A stretch of 63,862 nt of DNA, counting the filler, from Thelocarpon superellum (lineage: Eukaryota): NCBI GenBank assembly GCA_026025795.1. It is 5 parts of 5 records of this genome, joined end to end, with 100 filler letters (N's around TTAATTAATTAA, not from the genome) between each part and the next. Parts side by side here need not be neighbours in the genome. Positions count along the whole stretch, not along the records: positions 13,016 to 25,864 come from JAPEUG010000474.1; positions 25,965 to 38,765 come from JAPEUG010000475.1; 3 more parts are not named here. One strand, 5' to 3'. Shown here in pieces: positions 23,869 through 35,593 of the stretch; within the stretch, counting starts at the first letter, position 1; every line of letters starts with the position of its first letter. The notes under the pieces were generated by a model. The model made no database searches. It had not been told where the DNA came from and saw nothing but the letters and a program-made list of their open reading frames with translations. A program made the translations under genes and the position numbers.

Positions 23869-25037
23869 TTACACGGCATGCTGTGCTTTCGCGGCCGCAC
23901 GCTCGCTGGCCCCACGGATCATCGTGCTGAGATCGCCCACGGGCAGGGACAGCGGAAAGTCCAAGGCCGCCAGCATCTGCGCGAAGAAGATGTACCAGCC
24001 CGCCATGGAGGTGACGAACAGACATGCCCCGCCGGCCTGAGAATTAGGCACGAGATCAGTTACCGACGGTGCACATTAGGGGCCGCGCCGTCACTCACAA
24101 TCTCTAACTTTCCTGCCAGCGACGCGTTGCCCTCGGCAAGTTGCCAATACGTCGCGGCCAGGAGTTCAAATCCCAGGACGAGCGTGACGAAGATGACAAC
24201 GAAGACCATGTTGGTGCGCAAGGCACAGATCAAGTAGATGAAGCAGAGCAGCCCCATGAAGAGCAAGAAGAAGGCTGCGGCTCCGTCAGCTCCTCACCCT
24301 CGCAGCTCGCGGCTCGCGGCTCGCAGCGCGCCAGGGGCACGCACCGAAGCTGGCGTTGAACGCCGGGGTCTTGATCCCCTGCGCCGGATTGGTCGGGTCC
24401 GTCGAATAGGCGCCATACGCGTTGTACACCGGTTGGAGGGTGGCGGCGAACGAGAGCCAGAATCCACCTTGTCGCGGTGGTCAGCACGGAGGCAAGACAG
24501 GGGGCTGATGGCCCTCACCAAAGGAGGAGAAGACGACGAAGGGAAAGGTGTTGCCGAGGAAGAACTCCAGGACCCCGCCGATGATCATCAGGAGACCACC
24601 CATGAAGAAATAAACGCCCCTGTCCGTGATCAGCGCTCGCTCCAGCTCGTGTCACCTCGGGATGCGGGCAGGAGTTACTCAGAGGCGGCACCATTGCCAC
24701 CGGCGCCACGCCATCCCATGAGATCACAGGACAGCGGGGTCAAGCTCAGGATGAATCCAAGCAGCGCCCTGCGTCGTCAGTATTCGTGTCGTCACCGGCC
24801 GCATCGGCACCAGGCAACGGACGCTTACAACGGCGTCGGATTTCCAAACGTCTTCCGGAGATCTCCTTTGACGGCGTTCTGGGGCGAGAGATAGATCTTC
24901 TCAAACAACTCGGGAGAGATGGAGAGGCTGCCGGCCGTTCGGATCCGGCGCAGCGCGTTCTCGCTGCTCTCATCTCCGTTCAGATGGTTGTCGTTATGAT
25001 CCGAGAAGTCCTTTGTGGTCGTGGGTCTTTCCGCCAT
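23869..25037 (-). CDS. GPR1/FUN34/YaaH (AceTr; Ato/Ady2-like) acetate/ammonium transporter family protein
   Basis: Motifs LSISPELFEKIYLSP, FGNPTPL, LEFFLGNTFPFVVF, LICALRTNMVF, GWYIFFAQML and LPVGDLS. Several short introns. Confidence 0.9.
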
Positions 25038-25864
25038 CGTGATGAGCTGCTGGCCGTATCTGCGTCAATCTCTCTGGCCGAGGATGGAAGGATGGAGGAG
25101 GTGACGAGGTTGCCGGCAGAGGGTCGAAGCTGGAAGAGGAGGATACGAAGATAAAAGGGCCAGGACGGAGGGTATGGAGTGTGGGAAGGTCTAGGCCGAG
25201 GGGATTCACCTGGGACCAGGCCGTTGATAGACAGCTTCCGTACCCCTCCCCTTGGTGACTGACCCTGCGCATCGTCTCCGCACCTCACCGGATTCCATTG
25301 GCTACGAGAGGGGACGATCAACAAGACCAAGCGTCACCGTCACCGTCGCCCTTGACGCTTGCGCACCGGCGCGGGAATAAGAGAAGAGGACAACGGACGG
25401 GGTTGCTCGACCGCGACGCTGCACCCGACGAGACTGGTCGTGGTGTGGACCCTATGCCCCTCTTGGCCAAGACCTTTCTCCACAGCGCAGACAACCAATC
25501 TAGTAAACACACTGCCGACGACGTGAAGGGAAAGGCGCGCGATGTGGATCGGCGGCACTAAAGTAGCATATTGCGGGGAAGCCAAGATGCTCTCGTTCTT
25601 ATTGTTGTAGACGCGGACGGAGTGTCAGCACAGGATCAAGCATGTCCCGATTCAGCGGAGGCACGGCATTCGGGCTCAGACGATGATGAAAGGAGAGCTG
25701 GGTTCTCCATTTTCGGTGAGGGGAGGGGAGGTGAGGACTCGCCCTGCTTCCCTCGATCCTGTATGAACCCACGCATCCTCTTATGACGCAATCTGGCCGG
25801 CAGCAGGCGTGGCTGGGTTTTCCTTCATTACCACGGGTCATCGAGCATCCGGCTCAGATGGATG

Positions 25865-25964
25865 NNNNNNNNNNNNNNNNNNNNNNNNNNNNNNNNNNNN
25901 NNNNNNNNTTAATTAATTAANNNNNNNNNNNNNNNNNNNNNNNNNNNNNNNNNNNNNNNNNNNN
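25865..25964. other. Artificial contig linker
   Basis: N44-TTAATTAATTAA-N44. Confidence 0.98.
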
Positions 25965-27133
25965 AAACATTGAGCCGTTCGTTGTTCCGACCGCCCAATG
26001 CTCATGCCCGTCACGCGGATCCGTACCGGATCCGAGGGGACGCGTACTCGGACGTCCCAGGAGCATAGGAGAAGGACAGGTAAGCGGGACTCACTGCTTT
26101 CTGACTGGCTCCGATCACGCGAGCCGTCCATTTCGCAGGTCCCCTTTGGACCGATGCTTTTACGCCGTCCCATATCCTGCCGCCGCCGCTACTCGTTTCG
26201 ATCCGGCTGGCAAGACGGAGGAGCTCCCAGTGCTCGCGCCAGACTCAATGCGGAACATAGAGATGGTACGTTGAATGCTATCTACGGGATGTACTCGGAG
26301 GCGAGGGTCCAAAAGTGTGACCTGCACCGAATCCTCGACCCTGGTCGTCTCCTCGCCGGCCCGCCGTGGGTGCTGGTGCGCATATCTGCTTGCACACAAT
26401 CTCCCAGTCGGTCAGGGCAGAGGTAGTGCAAGCACGAGGATCGAAAGGCTTTGCGGTCGTTAAGGTGAAGAGTGAATCGGATGAAGGACCCTGGTTCGCT
26501 GTCCCAAATTCCGCGCGGCCTTCCCCTCTAGCTGCCCCGTAGCCCCATTCTCCGAAGCCTATCATTCGTCAGCGACCTCGCTCTTCCCTGCCCTCCCTCC
26601 CAAAGCCGCGTCTGGTGCGAGTATGTTAGTCCCAGGCAACTAGTGCGTCGATAACGACCCACGGCACCTCCAGCGACCGTGGCGCTTGTTACTGTTAGCT
26701 TACTCGTAGGCCGATTCCCTCTGTCCGGCCTGCTCGTCTGCACGTCTGTTCGCCAGGCCCAGCCCGGGGGCCCGCACGTCCCTTCCTGTCATTCTTCGTC
26801 GGTCGGGCCGGCACAACACGTTTGTCTTGGCTTCTCTCATAAGGCGTCCCGCTGCCCGCCACCCGCTGCCCGCTGCCCGCGTGTCCCCCTGCCTCCACTC
26901 ACCACCTCGTTACGGCAAGCAGACACACGACCGTGCCAAGACTCCACCTTTGCTTTCCACCGCCACGTCCGCTTGCACTGGGCCTCGGTGTGTACGTCTG
27001 CGCGTGCTGCTTCCGCCGTGCCTTCGTGCCTGGTCCCGGTGCTCGGTGATCCTTCGCCTCCGCAGCTTGCGTGTGCGGATGATGCGTTCGTCAGTCCACT
27101 GGTGAGGCGAGCAGTACCAACGAGGCTCGTATC

Positions 27134-28284
27134 ATGCGTGGCCCCATGTTCTGCTGGTGGTCTTTGCTCCTGGCGTGGTCCTGCCTGGTCGTCTCGGCGC
27201 CGTTGGAACGGCGCGATGCCGACTTTGAGAGCGTACGGACCCGGCTGCGGAAGACGCTGAGCGGGAAGGCGGGCGATCCGCAGGAGAAGTACTTTCGTGA
27301 GTGGCCTCATCTCCTCGAACCGACGCCTCGACTGACGGCCTCTGTCTCCAGACGAGTCCATGTGAGTCAAAGCCCGACCGTGGGTCATGAATGGAGGCAT
27401 CCGAGACTGATCAACATCCAGCTTTCATCCGCATTATGACGGCCGGTACGAGACGTGACCTTGACGGCGGGAACATGATGGCTGACGGTGAGATAGCTTC
27501 GCCGAGAAGACACTCTCGTACGCGGAGAAGATGGAGAGCTTGCCCGTCATGGTGCAAGCCTACCTGGCGACGATGCGCGACCTCGGCCTCGAGACGTGGC
27601 TGGTGCACGGGTCGCTGCTGGGCTGGTGGTGGAATCGAAAGGTATGCTGGTGCGAGCGACCGCACGGCGCGGCATCCGACTGACGGGTGTACCGGCAGAC
27701 GCTACCCTGGGACACGGACGTGGACGTGCAGGTGGCGGAATCGACGATGCATTTTCTGGCGGAGTACTACAACATGACCACGTACCGCTACCAATCGCCG
27801 CAATTTCCACAGGGACGCTTTTACATGATCGAAGTCAACCCCAACTACGCCGTGCGGGAGGGGGGTGATCCATTGAACACGATCGACGCGCGATGGGTCG
27901 ACATGGACACGGGGCTCTTCATCGACATCACGGCCGTACGGCGAAATTTCACGAGACCCGAGCCTGACGTGTTCAGCTGCAAAGACGGGCACGACTACCG
28001 TGTACGTTGATCCGCAGTCGCTGGAGCCCTGACGTGCCGCTGACCGGGACCTCTTTCGCTGCAGGAGAACCAGATCTTCCCCTTGCGAGATTCCACGTTC
28101 GAGGGCAAACCGGTCAAGGTGCCCTACGCCTATACGGAACTGCTCAAGACCGAGTATGGCTCGCGGGCCTTGACCTTGACGTCGTTTGAGCAGTATGTGA
28201 CGAGTCATCGACATTAGCTCTGAACTGACGTTGTGCAGCCATCTCTGGAACGAAACGACGCAGATCTGGGAACCGCAAGAGTGA
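27134..28284 (+). CDS. LicD/fukutin-family nucleotidyl/phosphotransferase, secretory pathway (Mnn4-related)
   Basis: Signal peptide, then spliced KYFHESIFHPHYDGRF, ETWLVHGSLLGWWWN, LPWDTDVDVQV, NTIDARWVDMDTGLFIDIT, CKDGH and IFPLRDSTFEG. Six introns, including 10-nt and 24-nt micro-exons. Confidence 0.9.
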
Positions 28285-29057
28285 GAGTCTTGGCCGTGCT
28301 CAGTGACTGATTCCGTGCTAACATGGTCCCTTTGAAAGTGACGCGACATAATCTTCTACCCGTTGATCACCCACACACCACACAACATACTATACCACAC
28401 ACGAAATCACCGACGCCGTGTACAAAGCACCACCCAGCGCAGGACCGCCAGGCAACATGGACGAAGCGAATGAATGGACCAGACGCGAGAGCCGGGCGTT
28501 GAACGTTGAAGTTTATTGGGAGCGAGTGGGGTATCTGACAACACGGCATAGCGACGGCGTTATATGATGTGGCAGTATGCCACAATCCGGCGTGAACATC
28601 AACAGGGAGGGGAGGGCGAACGAATCGATGAGTGGGAGAGAAAGGATGGATAGCTTGCAGCGAGGACGGGGTCAAGGGAGAGCAGAGGGGACGAAAGGGA
28701 GGGATGAATGGCAGGAGTATCATCTCTGTCCCGTGTGTTTCAGTGATACCCCGGTCTACTCAACACCATGCACTAAGTATAATGGTATAAGGCGAATCAA
28801 GCAGTGAGCCAGATGAGAGATGATAATTGAAGTGTGACTACTAGCCTCCCTTTTCGCCGTCATTGTTGCCATTTCTCCTGTGCCTCCCGCAGAACTCTCC
28901 ACCCCTGCCAACGCCGCGCTCGCTCACTTCGTCAGTCCATACATTCTCGAAAGGAAAGTCCCAGGCCACTGTACGGATCGGTCCCCTCGAGGGCCTCGCC
29001 GGGCATTGACGGTGCCGGCTGTGATGCTGGCGTGGTAGAAAGAAGGGAAAAGAGCAA

Positions 29058-29981
29058 CTATGGCGTGGCTTCATCGTCGCCTTCGCTCACTCTCCCTGCC
29101 TCTCCTGCTCCACTTCCACTCTCTCCCCCACCACCATTGCCGCGCTCCGTCGTCAACATGGCGAGCCCCACAGCCTGCAGATCCTCCTTGGACCAGCCAA
29201 ACAGACAACGCCCGTTGACCGTGTGATGGCCCGGGCTCGCGCGGCATTTCTGCTGGCGCTTTGCGCGCTCCTGTCGCAGCTCGATGCGGCTCTTGAGCAC
29301 GCCATCGTGCCGCTGGCGCTGTCGTCCATTGTAGATGTCGCACGTGAGCAGCGGACAGTCGGGATAACGCAGCTTCAATCGCGCCAGGATCTCGCGGGGC
29401 GTGGCGTCCGCTGCGGACTGCTCGTACACCATGCGCCTGATGGCGGGGGAGTTCATGGCGGCGCGTCGGTGGGCCGTGTGGTCCTGTGGCCCGTTTGAGC
29501 TGGGCGGGTGGTTGTGCGTGCCGTCGCGGACGGTCAGGTTCTATCCCGTGCTCGCGGGCGGCGTGCGCCGCCGCCCGTGAGTGTCAAGGATGGTGGAGCC
29601 CGGGAAGGTGGAGGGCAGCCGCAACACGGCGCTGAAGGGGCGGTTGCAGCGTTTGGACTCGCGTGTGGCCCGCTTCGTCGCCGTCGTTCGAATGGCGCCG
29701 TACCGATCGCACACCCGGTAGATGGCGCTGACCTCGCCGCGTTTGTTGTCGCTGCATCGTCGCTTGACGACCGCGTAGCCTTGAAAGGCGGCGAAGAGGT
29801 TGAGTTGCTTCACCAGCTCGTCGGCGTCTTGGAAGGCTCGCCCGACAAGGTGCGTCGGTGGTTGAAGCAAGGGTGCGGCGGACGGGGGAGCTCCTGGCGT
29901 GGTGGGCGGAGCGGGGAGAGGAGTCTGGGCGGCATTGTTCCCAGGCGGAGAGGTTGCGGGAGCAGGATGCAGTTCCGCCAT
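29058..29981 (-). pseudogene. FAR1/Mutator (MULE) transposase N-terminal DNA-binding region, interrupted by an in-frame TAG, with no DDE domain
   Basis: FAAFQGYAVVKRR...VCDRYG...KRCNRPF...G*NLTVRDGTHNHPP...TPREILARL...DIYN. ORFs 29541-30074 and 29058-29456 share a frame, with only the TAG at 29541-29543 interrupting it. Confidence 0.72.
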
Positions 29982-31412
29982 CTTTCTTGCACCCGCTGCT
30001 CGTCGGTGTGGATGGAGGGTCGAGGGGGAGATGATGCCCGGCGGGAATGCGGAATCTATAGGTGTGTCTCGCACTATATGGGGCGTCTTTTGATCGAGTC
30101 GCTAGTCAGACTCGAACGCAGCCTCATTCGGGTACGCATCCGGGTAAAGTTGGTACTACGAGCGACATTGCAAGTTAATTAGCTGGTGGTAATATCACGT
30201 GACTTGACGTGAAAATACAGCGGTGTAGGCTCGTAGGACTCCTACACAGTCGGTCAACTCCTGCCTGTAATTTCATTACTAATCAAGTTACTGGATAGGC
30301 CCATTGCTGCTGGTCTCCCTACTCGATTGTGCGAGCGTTGCATCCCTTGGTGAGGCTCGATCTACGGCGGACGAGTCGCCCAGGTTGCACCGATGGCGGA
30401 ACTCGGGACTTCGAGGGCCGGGTCTTGGTCAGTGCACAGTCTGGCCCACCGTCCTGCAACAGGTGGACCCCGTAACTCGGTTCTGGGTCGAGCAGCCTTC
30501 GTGCTGTGTCGCGCATGATGTTCGTACGAATACGTGCTAGTAGCATGTACGAAGGACTGTAACATCGCACCGTACACAGTACGTGGACTCCAGACGGAGG
30601 TACTACGTGCAGTTGAACAGGCCAGACGGATTCTTCGCAGAGCTAGGTGGGGCTCCCCACGAACGAGATGGCAAGTGGTATTGGACCAGGGCCTCCGATT
30701 ATCTCCACAGTATCCTGATGCACGCGTGTGAGTGCGCCCGTTGATCCGGAATTCTCCGCCGACATGCGGAGCACCCTGTCACCTCCATCATCCCGCACGA
30801 GTAGGAGGAGTACTCCGCAGAGTAGTAGAGGTACCTCGTACATCGGAGGCTGGGGCATCTTCACCTTGACTCAGGTCGATAATCTCCGAAGTCATCCGCA
30901 CGGACTGGCGCCGCGACTACTCGCACTGGTCCGAGGTGAGGCACTAGGCGCGCCGTGCGGGCCTTCGGTCAGCACCGTTCATCGCAGGTCGTCCGTCTGA
31001 GCACCCGCTCCCCAGCCCACCCTCCCGCCGTGCCACTGCGCACTGTCACTATACACGGATGCTGGCCTCGTATTGGCCGCTGGTCGTCACTGACCAAGCC
31101 ACAGCCATGACCCCCCCGGCCAAGTGCGACTGGCGCCAGCATCGCTCGTAGAACACTTGGTCGATCTTCTCAGCCCTACTACCGTCGATGACCTTGGACG
31201 GAGTAGGTCAGGCATAGGCATCCGACCCGCCCCCCAACTCCATTCATCATCATCCCGCAGCATCTGCCTCCCGCCCTCGCGTTACACTGGTCACACGCGT
31301 GCATCGGTGCATCGGTGCATCGGTGTTTGTGGCATCGACAGCTGTTCGCCATTCTCCCTGATGCCCCCACCACCTCACCGCGTGCGTATCGCCATCGCCG
31401 TCGTGCTGCATC

Positions 31413-33983
31413 ATGAGCGAACCACTGCCGCCCTTTCTGGCGCCTGGCACCTTGCCACCTGCGGTGCCCGCGGCGCTCGCCGACTTTGACGGCATCTACG
31501 GCCCATTGCCGATCGTCCCCCCCTCATCGTCGGCCCTGGGGCCCTCCCAGGCTCCACCGGCACCGCCGACACCCACGGGGCCCCCACCCCCGCCAAATCC
31601 CCGGTCCTGTATCCTGTGTCGACGGCGGAAGGTCAAATGCGACAAGTGCTCGCCCTGCTCCAACTGCGCCAAAGCGAATCTCGTCTGCACCTTCCCGTCG
31701 CCCGGGCGCGCGCCGCGCCGGAGTCGCAAACCTTCCGAGGGCGAGCTCCTGTCGCGATTGCGGAAGCTTGAGGGCGTGGTCAAGGAGCTACGCAGAGGGG
31801 AGAAAGCCGCGGGGATCGACCACGAGGATGACAAGGAACGGCTGGACGACAGCCGCTCCGTCGCCTCGGCGCCGGCGCGCGCCAATGAGGACCGGGGTCC
31901 ATTGTCCCTGTCCAGACCCGCAGAAACGGGCAGTCTCGAGAAAGGCATCGGGCGATTGGTGGTGGACGAGGGAAGAAGTCGATATGGTACCTTGGTCAAT
32001 TCGCTCCACTCATGGCGTTCGATGTGACTGACCCTTAACCCCAGTCTCGAGTGTCTTCTGGTCCTCCCTGACCGACGAGGTGAGTCGTGATCTTCGGGCT
32101 TGATGCATGGCCGTGAGCAGAGGCTGATGTCCGAACAGATGGACGATCTCACGAGCATGTTGGATGACGTGAGCGAGGACGACGCCGAAGATATGTCGCC
32201 CGACTCCGGCCATCTCTCGAACCTGCAAGATCATCAAGGCTTCTTCTTTGGATTCAGCTCGCTTCTCTTGGACTTTCGCCAGCTGCACCCCACTCCCGAG
32301 CGCATCGTGCTCTTGTGGGGGGTCTACAGGCGCACGGTGGACCCGATGATCAAGGTGCTCCATCGACCCGCGGCGGAAAAGTTGATCATGGAAGGCAGGA
32401 AAAACGTGGGCGATCTCAGCAAGACCACCGAGGTCCTGATGTTCGCCATCTATTTCGCCGCCGTCACCAGTCTCTCGCCCCAGGAATGTGAGGAGATGCT
32501 CGGCGAAGACCAGCCCACCTTGGTGGCACGCTATCGATTCGGCACCGAACAGGCCCTCGCCCGCGCCGATTTCCTCAACACGCACGAAGTGGCCGTGCTC
32601 CAAGCGCTGGTGCTGTTCTTGGTGAGGCTCATCGCGCGGCTTGCCCCGTCCTCCTCGTGCCGACACTGACCGAGCCAGAACTGCGTCCGTCGACACGATG
32701 AGACGCGCTTTGTGTGGTCGATGGTCGGGCTGGCCATCCGGATGGCCCAGTCGCTAGGCCTGCACCGGGACGGCACCGCCTTCGATCTGACGCCCTTTGA
32801 GATCGAAATGCGTCGGCGACTGTGGTGGCACATATGCGTGCTCGATGTGCGCGCGTCGGAAGACCACGGGTCGGACCCCACCATCACCGAACATCTCTAC
32901 GACACGCAGCTCCCGCTCAACATCAACGATGACGATATGCGGCCGGACTCGATGGAGCCCATCACGCCGCGGGTGGGCAGCACGGAGATGACCTTCTGCC
33001 TGGTCCGGTTCGTGGTATGCCGGACGTCGCGCAAATTCTACGTCATCCCGCCCGGTCCGTTGACGAACTGCCCCGAGATGTTCAGCAAGGTGCCGCGTGA
33101 AGTCAAGGAGCGATGGATCGAAGAATGCAATGCCAGCCTGGAGGAAGAGCACCTGCAATATCTCGACATGTGCGATCCCTTGTCATGGGTGTCAGCGACG
33201 GTGGCACGCCTTATCATGGCCCGCATGTGGCTGATGCTGTACCATCCCTTCCGGCGCGAGGCGGGCGAGCCGAGCCTGTCCCCAGACACGCAGGATCGCT
33301 TGTTCGTCACGTCGATCGAGGTGATTGAATACGCGCGTCTGCTGGAAGTGGAGCGGACGACGGCGCAATGGGGCTGGCTCTTCCGGCGATACGTGCAGTG
33401 GCATGCCATTGCTTTCATTCTGGCCGAGCTATGCCACCGCACCCAGGGAGCGAACGTCGACCGCGCCTGGGCCGCCGTGGACGGGGTCTTTGATCAATGG
33501 GGCGAGCAGGTGACGAACGCGCAACGCGCCGTCCTCTGGCGGCCGATGCGCAAGCTGATGCACCGGGCCAAACGGGCTCGCGAACTGGCCCTCGCTCATC
33601 CGTCCTCGTCGTCCCATGCCGATTCCACCCGGACCAACACACCCACCTCACGATTACTGGGGCCCATGGGCGCGAGCTCCTCCGCGGTCGGTGGGGCCCC
33701 GATGTCGAACACGGCGCATGTCCCCCCGGGCCAAATCCCCGGCTTCGCGCCGTACATTCCCCCGACCGCGTCGACGGTCCCCACGGCCAACGGTCCCCTG
33801 GGCGCCCAAGACGCCGTCGACCAGTGGATGGTGAGCGGCGCGGGTGCGTCGAACGAGACCCCGGGCTTCGGCGACGGGCCAGAGGATTGGGCGAATTGGG
33901 ATCGACTGGTGTCCGACTTCCAGATGGACGGGAGTGAGCCCAAGGGCACGGTGGTGGGCGAGTTTGGGAGCGGGTGGTGGTGA
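31413..33983 (+). CDS. Zn(II)2Cys6 fungal transcription factor with fungal-specific TF (middle homology) domain
   Basis: CILCRRRKVKCDKCSPCSNCAKANLVC, VDPMIKVLHRP, AIRMAQSLGLHRDG and EIEMRRRLWWHI. Introns 31987-32044, 32080-32138 and about 32622-32679. Confidence 0.93.
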
Positions 33984-35593
33984 TGGTGGACGTACACGTC
34001 CGTGACGTTGGACCGTCTCGGTTGGATCAGCCGGCCTGGGAATTTGGGTGGCAGCTTGGTCTTTTTCCAATGCGGCGTCATGCGGTCTGTATGCGTGTGC
34101 TAATACATCGGTTTTGACTTCCTCGGTCCTGGCCGGGGCGGCAGCGGCAGCGGCAGCGGCAGCAGCGTTGGCGGGAACTCCTCCTCTCTACCTATTCAAG
34201 CTAGTGATATGTACACGAGGGTCTCCGTGATCTTGGTTATCTCTGACACCCATGATCGGGGGTGCCCCTCCATGTGGAGGAGTACGACCCGGGGGAGGGC
34301 TTCTGCGCTCGAGATCCCCGGCGTCCACAGTCCGACTCTTGCTCTTTGCTTCCGATTCGTTCCGTTCCATCATTCCCCCTTGGCGCTTTGGTGAGGCACG
34401 GGGCGGATCACTTCCCTCGGCCCCTGCTTCGCCAAGTGGGACGGCTGAGTGGCCTGGAGACCGCCCTGTGCTCGAGTAGGGGACGATATGACAAAACCTC
34501 TCGCGGCTGCCCACAACCGCTGCTTCAGGTGATCAGGGATGCTCCGTCCATTGCTTGTCCGCGGCATCATGGAGCTGAGCGGCAGCACTTCGTCGTGGTG
34601 GTAGTGACTTGATGTCTCTACCATTCTCCAGACACTTCGCGTCAACCTCCTCCTTGGAGAATTCAGGAAGGAGTGGATGATCTTGATTGACCCCGGTCAC
34701 CTTTTGATCCCGCCGCGCCCAATCGCAGCAGCGATATCTGCACGCCAGGGGCGCCTCTGCCGTCAACACGGCTGAGGATACCGGGAAGCGCTTCGTAGGT
34801 GACCATGCGCTTAGAGCCATTGAAAGTCAATATCTCCTGCGTCAAGCTGCCAGGCCAAGTCGCGCGCCTTTTGACAGCAAGAGCGGCCCAACAGCGAGCG
34901 GCCCAATCGCGGGCGCCGCCTCCCTCCCCCCGGTTGCAGCTCGGCAGGGTCGAGGGAGAGGCCACTCGTCAAACGCCACACATCGGGCTTGCCCCGCGGA
35001 ATGCTGAAGGCGTGTGCGTGGCGGACGGCCGCTGTCACTATCTTACCCGTTTCACCGGGGAGCACTCGCTCCTTTTGAATAATCGTGACTAATTCGGGAG
35101 GGCTCCTCGACGTTGGTCGGCAAAGGTGCTGCGTGACCAGCCGCGATGGGTCAAGGAGGGTCTCCGATAGCGGTCCTGCAGGAGACTCTTAGATCCCCGT
35201 TCTCGCAGGGGCTCTCCCCACAGGCTTGAGAGAGCCACCTGCCGTTCAACCGACGCATGTCGCCATCCACCCCCCAGCCGCTAACCGCTCGACGGCCGGG
35301 GCCCGCCTAAGCCAGCCGAGGGATAGTGACCGGGGCGCGCATGAGCCGACCGTGGGGGCGATGTCGGCACGTTCGGTCCGGACGGGCCAGGCCTCGAAGC
35401 GGATTGGAACGGGGATTGAAGCGGCAAAGTCAAGTCACGGATGGTGGGGCAATACGGGCAATACACACGCCGTTTCCACGAGCAGCGAAAGTATAGGTAC
35501 TGCCGCAAGCGCCCCGGCCGTGGGAAATGGTTCCGCGCTCGGGCTGGGAAGTGCACCAGGACTCATCGTCTCTTTCATCCGTCGAGTCTCAAG

